Assembly: GCF_009914755.1 (NCBI RefSeq)
Contig: NC_060931.1
Strand: one strand, 5' to 3'
Source of the DNA: the human T2T-CHM13v2.0 reference genome, Homo sapiens
Length of the DNA stretch: 64,000 nt
Made by a program: the position numbers and the translations under genes. Position 1 is the stretch's first letter. Each line of letters opens with the position of its first letter. Shown here one piece after another: positions 30,901 to 44,450 of the stretch. The notes beneath the pieces are model-generated. The model did no database searches. It saw only the letters and a program-made list of their open reading frames with translations, and was not told the DNA's origin.

Positions 30901-31165
30901 TATCAATTTTACTTTCACGAAAGAAATCTAACTCTGCTTTACTGACAATGCAGTTTATTTTAAAACTAGAGCAGTACAAAAAGGTCACAAAAAGACTTTC
31001 TGAAATATAAAATCAGTCTAAGATAAGCAAAGCTGAAATGACTATCTATACCACCTTTCCAAACCTATTAATGCTTCAAACTATATTATTATACAACCAC
31101 AAACAAATATGTACATACTCTCTACTAGAACATCTCCATAGTTGCCGTGAATCATTCTTTCATTT

Positions 31166-31205
31166 TCCATAAGTACTTACAAAGCTCCATAAGTACTTAC
31201 AAAGC
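31166..31205. repeat. Perfect 20-bp tandem duplication
   Basis: tccataagtacttacaaagc x2. Confidence 0.95.
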
Positions 31206-33050
31206 AGTATAGTATTCAATTTTAAAAGTGTAAAAATAAAATACACAGAGTTTTGACAAATAGAAAGTATCAGATAAAACGCGAATGAAGGCTAGATGGC
31301 TAGGTGGATGGGAGGTGGGTGGATGGACAGATACATAAGTAGTTGGATGAATAGGTGCTCAGGACATATGAATGGATGAATATGGTGCTTTCTATCAAAT
31401 AAAAGAACATGCAATCCTTTTTTCTTCTTTCATTAAGTAACACTTGTATATTAATCTAGGTGTTGCCCATGAGCTTCAAGAGCAGCTTCATGAATCTCTG
31501 GGAACTGCATGTAGGGAAATGCATGTTGATATAGGTACACACATGTGGGGCCTGGGGAAGGGGGTAAGCATGCCTATAGGCATCAACACAAAAAAAGGCC
31601 CCTTCTTCTAATCTCCAGAAACAATTAACCTACTCTTTTCAAAAACTCTACTTTGCCAGTCTTTCATCTTTCAGCAGAAGAGGCAAGGCCTGAGTGAAAA
31701 GTATGATGCCTCCTCTGGCTTGGCAGCCTAAACAAACAAGCTTTCCACACATAGACCAGGGAAGCTTCCACACCCACATCTGGTGCTAGGCATGGTTCCT
31801 GAATTCAACAGCAGGATAATACCTGTCCACTATGTAATAAAGGCACTAAAAGTTAGCTTTAAAAAAAAAAATCAACATAGAATTCCTGATTTCATATTTA
31901 TGAAATAGCATCCTTTCACAATAGCACAGAAGAATTAAGTAAACAATTTAAAGATTCACATCTAATTGAGCTCCAACTCAGATAAAATAGCCTGTGTTTC
32001 TTAAATTGAGACTCCCACAACTAAATTTTGCCTTTCAAAGGCAAAAGAATTTTGAAGAAATGGTATCTTCCTAGAGATCCCTTTGGGGAACATTTTTACA
32101 AACACTTTTCATGTGGGCAAAATAATTTCACTAGTTTGTTTATTGGACATATTGGCCTGTACTTTCACAAATGCAGACCCAAAAATCAAAATCAGAGCTG
32201 GAAAAGGGCAAACAGTATTATATAGCAAGTATGCTTGGATAAGAATCAAAGTAGAAGGCTTAGGGTTTGGCTCTAAAATTAGCCAACTAGACATGAGTTT
32301 CTGAGCAAGAATGATCATAATGTAGTTTAGTTCCCTTTCAGTGGCTATTGCCACATGTATACAAAACAAACATAAGGAAATGCATCATATTCTTAAGATA
32401 CTCATCCTCTCATCCATCTGGTTTTATCTCATAAATTACAAAGTCCTATTTGAAATTCTTATTATAATATTAAAATTGGGAAAAGAGCAAAATTAGAGAA
32501 TACATAAGGTAAGGAATATTGAAAATTAATAACAAAGTAAAGAAATACGTTTGAATTTTTTCACAATTTCTACAATATGCCTCCTGAATAACCTAACTGA
32601 AATATGTCTGACAACTACAGCTATGGAATCTAAAAGTAACAGAATATTATTATTTTCCTTCCTGGTAAAAAAATAAAAAGCATATAAATTTATACATTTT
32701 TAGGAAAAGCTAAAAATGTCATCAAGTATGCCTTTTAGCCTTCTTTAACTTCTTTTCAAAAATCTAAATTTATAATAGATCTATAGTTCTGAGACTATAT
32801 AATCCTGTTAGCCTAAAAAGAGATAAATAATTATAAATAAAATTATTGTATTTCCTTGATTTATCAGACTCTCCATCCTCAAACCAAAATCCTTACTTAA
32901 TTAAGCAGGGCAAATATAAGCAATCACTTAGAAAAGTGGTGTGATAACTATTTTAAACTATTAATCTTTTTAAAAGTAAGCCTTTTTAGGAGATCTAAGT
33001 AGTACACTCAAATATTGTCTTGGATGCTGGGTGCACAAAATAAGAACCTA

Positions 33051-33521
<471 letters not shown>

Positions 33522-34297
33522 TTATAGATCTTTTGTTAGATAACAAAATCCAGATAAATTAAGAGAGAAAATGCAACCTGTGGTACAATAATACCCATCA
33601 TTAATGAACTTCGGACTTTCCCAGTATTTCACTAGTCAGTGTAAAGAGAAATTGTTGTACGCTCATGAGCAAGTCAGTTTGCTTGGTCTCAGTTTTCTCA
33701 TACATAATAAAGTATTTTACACATTCCTTTTATTAATCTATAAACTCTATAAGCAAGGATCATGGTACCCTAACACCCGCCCAACATAGGCAGCCAAAAA
33801 ATATGCATGTGCAGAATGCAAGATCACACAGGTTTTTTCCAGCCAACTTTATCTTCAATTATATAATTTTTTAAGTCTAATATTTGGGTGGATAGGTCCA
33901 TAATGCATATTAAAACAAAAAAGAGGGTGGTTAGGGCCACAAAAATGTGGTAGAAATAATTGAAGATCACAAAAGAAGAAACAATTTCCTAGAGTTCAAG
34001 TGGCCTCCATCAAACTTTACCAAAACCCTACCAAAAGCTCTAATTCTAAACTTTATAAAAAAGTCATAGAAGTATAATTTCTCTTTCAGAAGTAATGGCT
34101 TTTGTTGTTGTTGCTGTTGTTGTTGTTTCTAGTTGAGACCTTTGCTGAATGTCTAAGAATTGGAAAAACAATGAAGTCAAACCTTTCCTAATTTCTATTT
34201 TAAGATATTTATACTTTTTCCAAACTTTCCTCAGATTTAAAAAAAAAATTGTATTCTTTGGAAAACAAAAAGTTAGTACTCAGAAATTCATATTTGG

Positions 34298-34670
34298 TAA
34301 ACCACTCCAGTAAATTAATTGAACCCAAAGAGGGGGTCATGGGAACTGCAACTTGAAGCCAGTTCATCAGAAGTTCCAGAGACCTAGACTTGAGACTGGT
34401 AGAGGAGGAATAGGGAAAGGTGCAGTCTTGGGAACTATGCCCTAAACCTGTGGGATCTGACACTATCTCCAGGTAGGTAGTGTCAGGACTGAATTAGAGG
34501 ACACCCAGCTGGTGTCTGCTGCTTGGAGTGTGGGGGAAAAAAAACCCCACACATATGGTCACAGCAGTCTTCTGTGTTGATGATTGTTGTGGTGTTAGAG
34601 TAGAGGAAAAACACAGTTAGAGAGAGTTTTCCTTAAACAAATGGTGTCAGTGAAGCAAGATTAGCTGGAA
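34298..34670 (+). mobile_element. MER21 LTR 3' part plus PBS
   Basis: aaattaattgaacccaaagagggggtcatgggaac...ggatctgacactatctccaggtag...aaaca, then tggtgtcagtgaagc (tRNA-Leu-like PBS). Confidence 0.8.
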
Positions 34671-35326
34671 CACCATGATCAGGTGGGATTTATCCTAGGG
34701 AAGCAAGGATGGTTCAAAAGACACAAATTAATAAATGTGATACATTGCATAAACAGAATTAAGGACAAAACCCATATGATCATCTCAACAGATGCAGAAA
34801 ATGCCTTCAGTAAAATTCAGCATGGCTTCGTGATAAAAATCCTCAACAAACTAGGTATAGAAGGAACATACTTCAACATAATAAAGGCCATATATGACAA
34901 ACCCACAGCCAACATTTTACTTAATATGGAAAAGTTGAAAGCATTTCCTCTGAGAACTGGAAAAGGACAAGAATTCCCACTTTCACCACTCTTACTCAAT
35001 ATCATACTGGAAGTTCTCACTAGAGCAATCAGGCAAGAGAAAATATTCAAAGGCATCCAAATTGGATGCCTCTTCACTGATGATAAGATCTAGTATCTAG
35101 AGAACCCTAAAGATTCCACCAAAAAAACCTTAGATTTGATAAATGAATTCAGTAAAGTTTCAGGATACAAAATTAATATACAGAAATCAGTAGCATTTCT
35201 ATACACCAGTAACGACCTAGCCAAGAACCAAATCAAGGAGGCAATCCCACTTCCAACAGCTACAAAAAAAAAGAAAAAAAAAAACACACCTGGGAATATA
35301 TTTAACAAAGAAGGTGAACTATCTGT

Positions 35327-36056
35327 TGTATTAGTCAATTCTCATGCTGCTATGAAGAAACCTGACACTGGGTAATTTATAAAGAAAAGAGGTTCAATTG
35401 GCTCACAGTTCTGCATGTCTGGGGAGGCCTCAGGATACTTACAATCATGGCAGAAGACACCTCTTCACATGGCAGCAGGAGACAGAATGAGTGCCAGAAG
35501 GGGAAATGCCAGATGCTTATCTCATGAGAACTCACTCACTATCACGAGAACAGCATGGGGGAAACCACCCCAGTATTAGTCCGTTTTCACACTGCTGATA
35601 AAGACATACCCTAGACTGGGCAATTTACAAAAGAAAGAGATTTAATTGGACTTACAGGTCAACATGGCTGGGGAAGCCTCACAATCATGGTGGAAGGCAA
35701 GGAAGAACAAGTCCCATCTTACACGGATGGCAGCAGGCAAGGAGAGAAATGATGAGGAAGACATGAAAGCAGAAACCCCTTATCAAACCATCAGATCCTG
35801 TGAGAGTTATTCACTACAATGAGAACTGAATCATGAGTGAAACTGCTCCCATAATTCAATTGTCTCCCACCATGTCCTTCCTACAACACATGGGAATTAT
35901 GGGAGTACAATTCAAGATGAGATTTGGGTGGGGACACAGAGCCAAACCATATCAGACCCCACGATTCAATTAGCTCCACCTGTCTTGCCCTTGAAACGTG
36001 AGGATATTATAATTCAAGGTGAGATTTGGGTGGGGACACAGAACAAAACCATATCA
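35327..36056 (-). mobile_element. THE1D-like LTR (outer, split)
   Basis: tgtattagtc...aaaccatatca; TSD tctgt/tctct. Confidence 0.85.
35572..35954 (-). mobile_element. THE1B/C-like LTR nested in the outer THE1
   Basis: gtattagtccgttttcacactgctgataaagacatacc...gccaaaccatatca; acccc on both flanks. Confidence 0.85.
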
Positions 36057-36820
36057 TCTCTTTAAGAAGAACTACAAAATACTGATGAAAGAAAGTGTAG
36101 ATGACACAACCAAATTTTTAAAAATCCCATAACCATAGAATGGAAGAAATAATATTGTTAAAAATGACCATACTACATGGAGCAATCTACAGGTTCAACA
36201 CAATCCCTATTAAATTACTAACATCATTTTTCACAGAATTAGAGAAAACAATCCTAAAATTCATATGGAAACAAAAAAGACCCCAAATAGCCACAGCAAT
36301 CCTAAGCAGAAAGAACAATGTTGGAGGCATCACATTACCTGACTTTAAATTATACTACGAGGCTACAGGAACCAAAACAGCATGGTACAGGTATAAAAGT
36401 AGACAGGTCCATGGTATAGAATAGAGAACCCAGAAACAATGCCACATACATATAACTAACTAATCTTCAACAAAGTCAACAAAAATATACACTGAAAAAG
36501 TTCTATCCTATTTAATACATAGTGCTGTGAAAACTGAATAGCCTAGCCATATGCAGAAGAATGAAAGTGGACCCATACCTGTCACAAAGTCTTATGTTCT
36601 GGTCTTTGGATTAGGCAATGATTTTATGACCAAGTCCTCAAAAGCCAATGCAACAAAAACAAAAATAGACAAATGAGGATTAAATACAGTAAAAAGCTTC
36701 TGCACAGCAAAAGAATCACAATCAGCAGAGTAAACAGACAAACTACAGAATGTTTTCCACAAGAAAAAAAAAAAATAACCCCATTAAAAAGTGGGCAAAG
36801 GACATGAACAGTCATTTTTC

Positions 36821-37161
36821 TTTTTGTTTTTTTGTCTTGTTTGTTTTTTGTTTTTTTGTTTTATTGTTTTTGAGACAGACTCTCACTCTGTTGCACAGGA
36901 TGGAGTGCAGTGGCGCAATCTTGGCTCACTGCAACCTCCACCTCTTGGATTCAAGAGATTCTCCTGCCTCAGCCTCCCACCCAGGATTACAGCTGGGATT
37001 ACAGGCGCCTTCCACCATGCCCAGCTAATTTTTGTATTTTTAGTAGAGACAGGGTTTTAACATGTTGGTCAGGCTGGTCTCAAACTCTTGACCTCCGGTG
37101 ATCCACCCGCCTCGGCCTCCCAAAGTGCTGGGATTTACAAGCATGAGCCACTGTGCCTGGC
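36821..37161 (-). mobile_element. AluS inside L1
   Basis: TSD tgaacag(t/c)catttttc at 36805 and 37162. Confidence 0.92.
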
Positions 37162-38074
37162 TGAACAGCCATTTTTCAAAAGAAGACAAACAAGCAGCCA
37201 ACAAGCAGCCAGTCATGACACAAGGTGAAAAATGCTCACCATCACTATTCATCAGAGAAATTCAAATTAGAAGCACAATCATACATTTCTCATACCATCT
37301 TTCACCAGTCAGAATGGCTACTATTAAAAATCCTAAAAACAATAGATGTTGGCAAGGATGCAGATAAGTGAACACTTATAAACTATTGGTAAAAATGTAA
37401 ATTAGTACAAGCTCTATAGAAAACTGTATGGAGATTTCTCAAAGAATTAAAAGTGAAACTACCATTAGATATACTGATCACACTTCTGGGTATCTATCCA
37501 AAGGGAAGAAATCATCATATTAAAAAGATGCTTGAAATTATATCTTTATCACTGCACTAGTCACAATAGCAAAGGTATGGAATCAACCTAAATGTCCATC
37601 AATGGAGGATTTCATAAAGAAAATGTGGTATATATACAACTTAGAATACTATGCAGTCATAAAAAAGAATGAAATAATGTCCTTGGCAGCAACATGGATA
37701 GAACTGGAGGCCATTACCTTAGTAAAATAACTCACAAAGTCAAATACTTCATATTCTCACTTATAAATGGAGGCTAAACAATGAGTACACATGGACATAC
37801 AGAGTGGAACAATGGACACTGCAGACTCCAAAAGGTGGGAGGGTGGGAGGTGGGTAAGGGTTTAAAAATTACCTATTGGGTGCAATGTTCACTATTCAGG
37901 TGATGGGCACACTAAATGCCAAGACTACACCACTATGTAATATACACATGTAAGAAACCTGCACTTGTCCCCACTAAATATATTTTTAAAGAAATTCACA
38001 ATTGGACAAGCGATTTTAATATCCCAAAATACAGGAAAAAAAACTATGAGCTACAAATTATAGAAGCAGCCAGC

Positions 38075-38490
38075 CAATCACAGCTGCCACAGCTTGGGCA
38101 TCTCACTTTCATTTAGTTAGATCCACCCCGGGCAACAGTTCTTCCAGACCCTTCAGTGTTTTGGGGGCATCCCTATACTCCTGCAGTGGGCCCCATTCAT
38201 CAAGGATAGCAGCTATCAGACCCCCTATAGATGTAGACAGCCAGCCTAGAATTTCCTCCGCATACTTCCTCTCTCCCAATCCCATCATCTTGGCACTCAT
38301 GGGATTTTCTTCAACTTATTGCCATGCATACCAGGTGTCCTGCCAGACCTCTGTGGACTTCAATTAGATGGCACTATGTTTGAGAGGCCAAAGAAGAGAC
38401 CCAGAATTAGTAAAAGAGACAACAGAGTTTATTAAGGGAACATATGTACTGGGCAGTCCAATGGCGGAGGCTGGACAGGAGAACCTGTCC
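38075..38490 (-). mobile_element. ERVL/class-III ERV fragment: LTR 3' part, PBS and gag start (LTR18/LTR32-like)
   Basis: Antisense LTR end tgtcctgccagacctc...gaggccaaagaagagacc; gag-like ORF 38109-38300 (LIAAILDEWGP). Confidence 0.55.
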
Positions 38491-38818
38491 AGTAAGACTC
38501 CAGAAAAAGCAAAAAATATTAAAATAAAGGATTTATTACATAAATTATGTCATATCCACTTGGCCCTCTATTTAAAATCCATTAGGATATTAAACATAAA
38601 AACCAACAGGCAACATGGAAAAGCTTTGTTTACAAAAAAAAATGACATTGGGCTGGAAGGAAATACACTACACTCTAAAAAGGTATACTTTTAACCAAAC
38701 AATGTATAAATACAAAAACAAAATTTCTCAGCATAATATTTCATAAACTAGAAAACTTACATAAAAATGTATTCTTAAGTAAGACAGTACGGACTTGTCT
38801 CCCAAGTCTTTTTTTCTT

Positions 38819-38856
38819 ACACACACACATACACACACACACACACACCCCACACA
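38819..38856. repeat. (CA)n microsatellite
   Basis: Interrupted CA run. Confidence 0.9.
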
Positions 38857-39013
38857 TATATGAATACTTTTTAAACATTTTTTCTCATTATGTAAAAAAT
38901 CAAAATAAAGTAACCCAAAAATTTTTAAGCCCTAAATATTTTATTATACTTGTAATACTGTCACTAAGTTAAACTCAAAGAATCTAACATTAGGTCATTA
39001 GACAAAACTGCAC

Positions 39014-39411
39014 TGTGTTAATCTGTTTGCACTGCTATAAAGCAATACCTCAGACTGGGTAATTTATAAAGAAGAGGTTTATTTTGGCTTACAGTTCTAC
39101 AGGCTGTACAGGAAGCAGATTGCTAGCATCTGCTCCTGGTGAGGGCCTGAGGAAGTTTCCAGTCATGGCAGAAGGTGAAGGGGGTGCAGGTATGGCAAGA
39201 GAGCAAGCAAGAGTGGAGAGGTGCCACACTCTTTTAGACAAACAGATTTTGCATGAACTTAGAGCAAGAACTCACTCATTATCATGAGGAACGCAATAAG
39301 CTTTTCATTAGGGATCCGCCCCCATGACCCAACCACCTCCCCTACCTTCATCATTGGGGGTTATATTTCAACATGAGATTTGGAGCAGACAAACATCCAA
39401 ACTGTATATAA
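39014..39411 (-). mobile_element. MSTB-like MaLR LTR
   Basis: tgtgttaatctgtttgcactgctataaag...caaacatccaaac; TSD tgcac/cgcac. Confidence 0.85.
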
Positions 39412-39472
39412 CGCACTTATTCTTTTTTAATGAAAATCAGTCAAAATATATCTTTAAAAAAATACATCCACA

Positions 39473-39767
39473 GCCAGACACGGTGGCTCGTGCCTGTAAT
39501 CCCAGCACTTTGGGAGGCCAAGGCGGGTGGATCACCTGAGGTCATGAGTTCGAGACCAGCCTGACCAACGTGGAAAAACCCCATCTCTACTAAAAATACA
39601 AAATTAACCAGGCAACATGCCACATGCCTGTAATCCCAGCTACTCAGGAGGCTGAGGCAAGAGAATCGCTTGAACCCGGGAGACAGAGGTTGCACTGAGC
39701 CGAGATCACGCCCATTGCCCCACAGACTGGGCAACAAGAGCGAAACTACATCTCAAAAAAAATAAAT
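39473..39767 (+). mobile_element. AluSp/Sq-like
   Basis: gggcaacaagagcgaaact diagnostic; TSD aat(a/g)catcccac. Confidence 0.9.
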
Positions 39768-41709
39768 TAATGCATCCCACTGCTATCACAGTTTTTAAAA
39801 ACCCAAAGTGAAAACAAATAACTGTGTCAGACTATCTTTAGCAACAAAACGCAAAAACGATAACGTCTAGAAATATATGTAAAATAATTTTAATTATACC
39901 ATTTATAAAAGATTTTATTTTTTAAATTACCAGTTCTTTTCATTTTACTATTTCTTCTAAACCAGCCATCTGGCCGCTTTCACCTTACAATGTATGGTAT
40001 CTATTTTTATCTGATATATTCCTATCTTATTTATTGATTATCTGTCTGGCCCACTGGAATGTAAACTCCTTAAGAAATTTTTTTATCTTGTTCAAAACCC
40101 AGAGTCACTACATACAAATGTGTAGGTTTTACACATGTGAATATCATTACAGTTATGCAGTGCACAACCTGCAGAACTGAATATGGTAGGTCTGGCTGTG
40201 AACAAATAATTATCAGACATGTAATAAAACGCCAGAGATCTTAACAGTTCTGTGTCCTCCCTAGTGGTGATGCAAACCCTCTCTAGGCATGCATGCCAGG
40301 AAAAGCTGTTCCTCAACATTTTCAATTCCTAAATATTCTTTAACATTATGTTACACAAGCATGTACAAATTATTTGCTCTTTGCTATTCCATGAAATCTA
40401 TAACAGCAAAATATTTCTGAGGCAGAAACCAACTCAACGGAGTTACCTATTAAAGGCCAATATGAATGAATTATAATAGCAGTAAATTTTTAAAGTATTT
40501 TTCACCAAAAATACTAAATTGTTTACTATTAGACACATATCAATTATTTTTAAAATAACATGCTGACAGTCTCAAAGAATACTGTAAATCTATATATCAT
40601 TAATGTAATCCATTTTTATGTTCTTAAACATCTAAAATTATAGAACTACATTTTTTTATAAACTGTCATCTCTTTTTTATTAAAAAAAGAAGATTTTTAT
40701 GAAAAACCTCTGAGTTTAAATTACTATTATATTCAGGAGTCCCACACCCACTGTTTCCAAACATAGCTCTTTTTATAACAACTTCTGACAATCCTCTAGA
40801 GAACAAAAATTCACTTTTAATCAAAGTTAAATGCTAGAACTGTTTCCTGGGAAATTTAATTCAAGGTAAACAATCTACTTGATATTGTCTTATTCACACA
40901 AAGCTGTGTTGTTAGAAGAAATGATAATGAAATATAAAACCTTTCTCTTCTAGGTTATTGTTTACAATCTGGACAAAGCTGATAGGCAAAAGAAAGCAGA
41001 GAAAGCCAATGTGAAAGGAATGTGTAGGATTAGTCACGCTTCTTCCCAGAAGATAGATGTTGACCAGTAAGACTATCAGTTACTAAACACAGCCCTCTCA
41101 TTCTACACCCCTAACACAATCTCTTAAAAAAGAAATTACAACTTCCAATCTCCATTTGTCAAGGATCTTGAATTTAAATATACAGGTCTTCACAAATATG
41201 AACTAAAATTCAACAAAGTTTTGTCTACTATGTGCTGGACACTAATAGGATAAAAATGACTAGGAAACACTTCTTGCCTCAGAGGAACTTTGCATGCAAA
41301 TGACAACATTACTTGGCAACAAAAGAATGTGGACACAATGTGAAATCAAGCCGGGGTCCAGCAGTTAGAATCAGCCCTTCCTTGACTACACCAGGGACAT
41401 ACTACTACAAATCATTCTGTCTTATACCCCAGCATCCAGCTATCCTCTGGAAATGCTTCTCCCTGAAGTTTACATCCTTGCTTAGCTATTTCACTCATCT
41501 ACTCCACGGCTAATCCCTTCATCTCTGCTTCTCAGAAATGGCTCTTTCCAATCCTCCCTTCCAATCTCTACTCCACAATTCTAGTGGCCCAGTCTCAAGC
41601 TTCCCCTCCAGTGCTCTCATACCTTCTCAAAGCTGCAATTCTAGTCCTGAAGATCTAGGCAGGGGAAACTGGTACTCACACATTACATCAAGGAAAGACC
41701 TCAGAGGTA

Positions 41710-44106
41710 CACACACCAGTGGAGATACCATAGGTTCAGTTCCAGATCACCTCAATAAAGTGAGTCACACGAATTTTTTGGTTTCACAGTGTATATAAAA
41801 GTTACATTTACACTGAACTGTAATCTATTAGATGTGCAATTGCATTATGGAAAAAAAAGTACACACTTTATTTTTAAAATACTTCATTGCTAAAAAAATG
41901 CTAATGATCATCTGAGCCTTTGGCAAGTTGTAATCTTTTAGCTGTGGAAGTGTCTTGCCTCAATGTTGATGGCTGCTGACTGACCAGGGTGGTGGTTGCT
42001 GAAGAGTGAGGTAGTTGTGGCAATTTCTTAAAACAAGACAATGAAGCTTGCTGCATCAATTGGCTCTTCTCTTCATGAAAGATTTCTCTGTAGCATGCAT
42101 TGCTGTTTGATTGCATTTTACCCACAGTAAAACTTCTTTCAAAATTAGGGTCAGTCCTTTAAAACCCTGTCACTGCTTTACCACCTAAGTTTATGGGATA
42201 TTCCAAATCCTTTGTGGTTGTTTCAACAATGTTCATAGCATCTTCACCAGGCATAGATTCCATCTCAAGAAACTACTTTCTTTGCTGATCCATAAGAAGC
42301 ACCTCCTCATCCGTTCAAGATTTATCACAAGATTGTAGCAATTCAATCAAATCTTCTGACTCCACTTCTAATTCAAACTGTTTTACTGTTTCCACCACAT
42401 CTGCAGTTACTTCTTCCCCTGAAGTCTTAAAACCCTCAAAGGATCAACTTCTTCCAAACTGCTGTTCATGTTGGTATTTTGACCTCCTCCCATGAATCAT
42501 GAATCACAAATCCCATGAATCAGTTCTTAATGGCATCTAGAATGGTGAATCCTTTTCAGGAAATTTTCAACTTAATTTGACTAGATCCATCAGAGGAATC
42601 GTTATCTATGGCAGCTATAGCCTAACAAATGTACTTCTTAAGTAATAAGACTAGAAAGCCAAAATTATTCCGTGATCCTTGAGCAACAGGATGGATATTG
42701 TTAGCAAGCAGGAAAACACTGATCGCCTTGTACATCTCCATCAGAGCTCTTGGGTGACCAGGTGCATTATCAATGAGCAGTAATATTTTGGAAGGATTCT
42801 TTGCTTCTGAGCAGTAGGTCTCAAGAATGAGCCTAAAATATTCCACAATCTATGCTATGAACAGATGTGCTATCATCTAGGCTTTGTTGTTCCATTTATA
42901 GAGCACAGTCAGAGCATATTCAGCATAATGCTTAAGGGGCCTAGGATTTTCAGAGTGGTCAAGGACCATTGGCTTCAACTTAAAGTGAACAGCTACATTA
43001 GCCCCTAACAACAAAGTCAGACTGTCCTTCAAAACTTTGAAGCCATGCACTGACCTCTCCTCTGTAGCTAGAGAACTCCTAGATGGTATCTTCTTCCTAT
43101 ATAAAGCTGTTTCGTCTAGCTTAAAAATCTGCTGTGTAGTGTAGGCGCCTTTGTCAATTATCTTAGCTGGATCTTCTAGGTAACTTGCTGCAGCTTCTAC
43201 ATCAGCACTTGCTGCTTCACTTTGTACTTACATGTTATGAAAGTGGTTTCTTTCCTTAAGCCTCATGAACTCAGCTCTGCTAGCTTCAAACTTTTCTTCT
43301 GAAGCTTCCTCACCTTTCTCAACCTTCATAGAATTGAAGGAAGTCAGGCCCTTGCTCTACATTAAGCTTTGGCTTAAGAGAATTTTGTGGCTTAATCTTC
43401 TGTCCAACCACTAAAACTTTCTCCATAACAGCAATAAGGCTATTTCACTTTCTCATCATCCATTTATTCACTGGAGTAGCATTTTTCACTTCATTCAAAT
43501 ACTTTTGCTTTGCATTCACAACCTGGCTAACTGTTCAGCACAAGAGGCCTACCTTTCAGCCTATCTAGGCTTTCAACACGCCCTCCTCACTAAGCTGAAT
43601 AATTTCTAGCTTTTGATTTAAAGTGAGAGACATGCAACTCTTCCTTTTACTTGCACACTTGCCATTGTAGGGTTATTAATTGGCCGAATTTCAATATTGT
43701 TGTGTCTCAGGGAATAGGTAAGCCCAAGGGGAGGGAGAGAGATGGAGGAACTGCAGGTCGGTGGAGGTGAAGTCAAGTCAGAACCTAGCACTTACTGATT
43801 AGGTCGGGCATGTTATATGAGTGTGGGTCATGGTGCCTCAAAACAGTTACAATGGTGACATCAAAAATCACTGATTATGATAATCATAGCAGATATAATA
43901 ACAAAAAAGTTTGAAATATTGTGAAAATTACCAATGTAACACAGAGACATGAAGTGAGCACATGGTGTTGAAAAAATGGTCCCAACGGACTTCCTTGACA
44001 CAGAGCTGGCACAAACCTTCAACTTGTTAAAAAAAAAAAAAAAAGAAAACACAGTATCTGCAAAGTGCAATGAGATGAAACACAATTTTTTAAAAAAGTG
44101 TTCTTG
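41710..44106 (-). mobile_element. Tigger1 (TcMar) DNA transposon, near full length, transposase disrupted
   Basis: About 2.4 kb; both termini recognisable with TA flanks (41708, 44107); DDE fragment [13 protein letters not shown] in ORF 42622-42846. Confidence 0.92.
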
Positions 44107-44164
44107 TATACAACTAACTGGAAAATAAGACAGTGTAAAACTCACATGAAAAGCTCTGCAAGTA

Positions 44165-44450
44165 GTCCGGGCACTGTGGCTCACACCTGTAATCCCAGCA
44201 CTTTGGGAGGCCAAGGCGGGCAGATCACAAGGTCAGTAGATCGAGACCACCCTGGCCAACATGGTGAAACCCTGTCTCTACTAAAAATACAAAAATTAGC
44301 TGGGTGTGGTGGTGCGTGCCTGTTATCCCAGCTTCTCAGGAGGCTGAGGCAAGAGAATCGCTTGAACCCAGGAAGCGGAGATTGCAGTGAGCAGAGATCA
44401 TGCCAGTGGTACTCCAGCCTGCTGACAGAGCGAGACTCCATCTCAAAAAA
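44165..44450 (+). mobile_element. AluSc-like
   Basis: TSD aaaagctctgca(a/g)gta on both flanks. Confidence 0.9.

Larger units (their letters stand above)
34671..37989 (+). mobile_element. 5'-truncated L1 (L1PB4/L1MA1-like)
   Basis: ORF2 RT remnants (34683-35093, 36140-36424) and 3' UTR; hosts two THE1 LTRs and an Alu. Confidence 0.88.
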
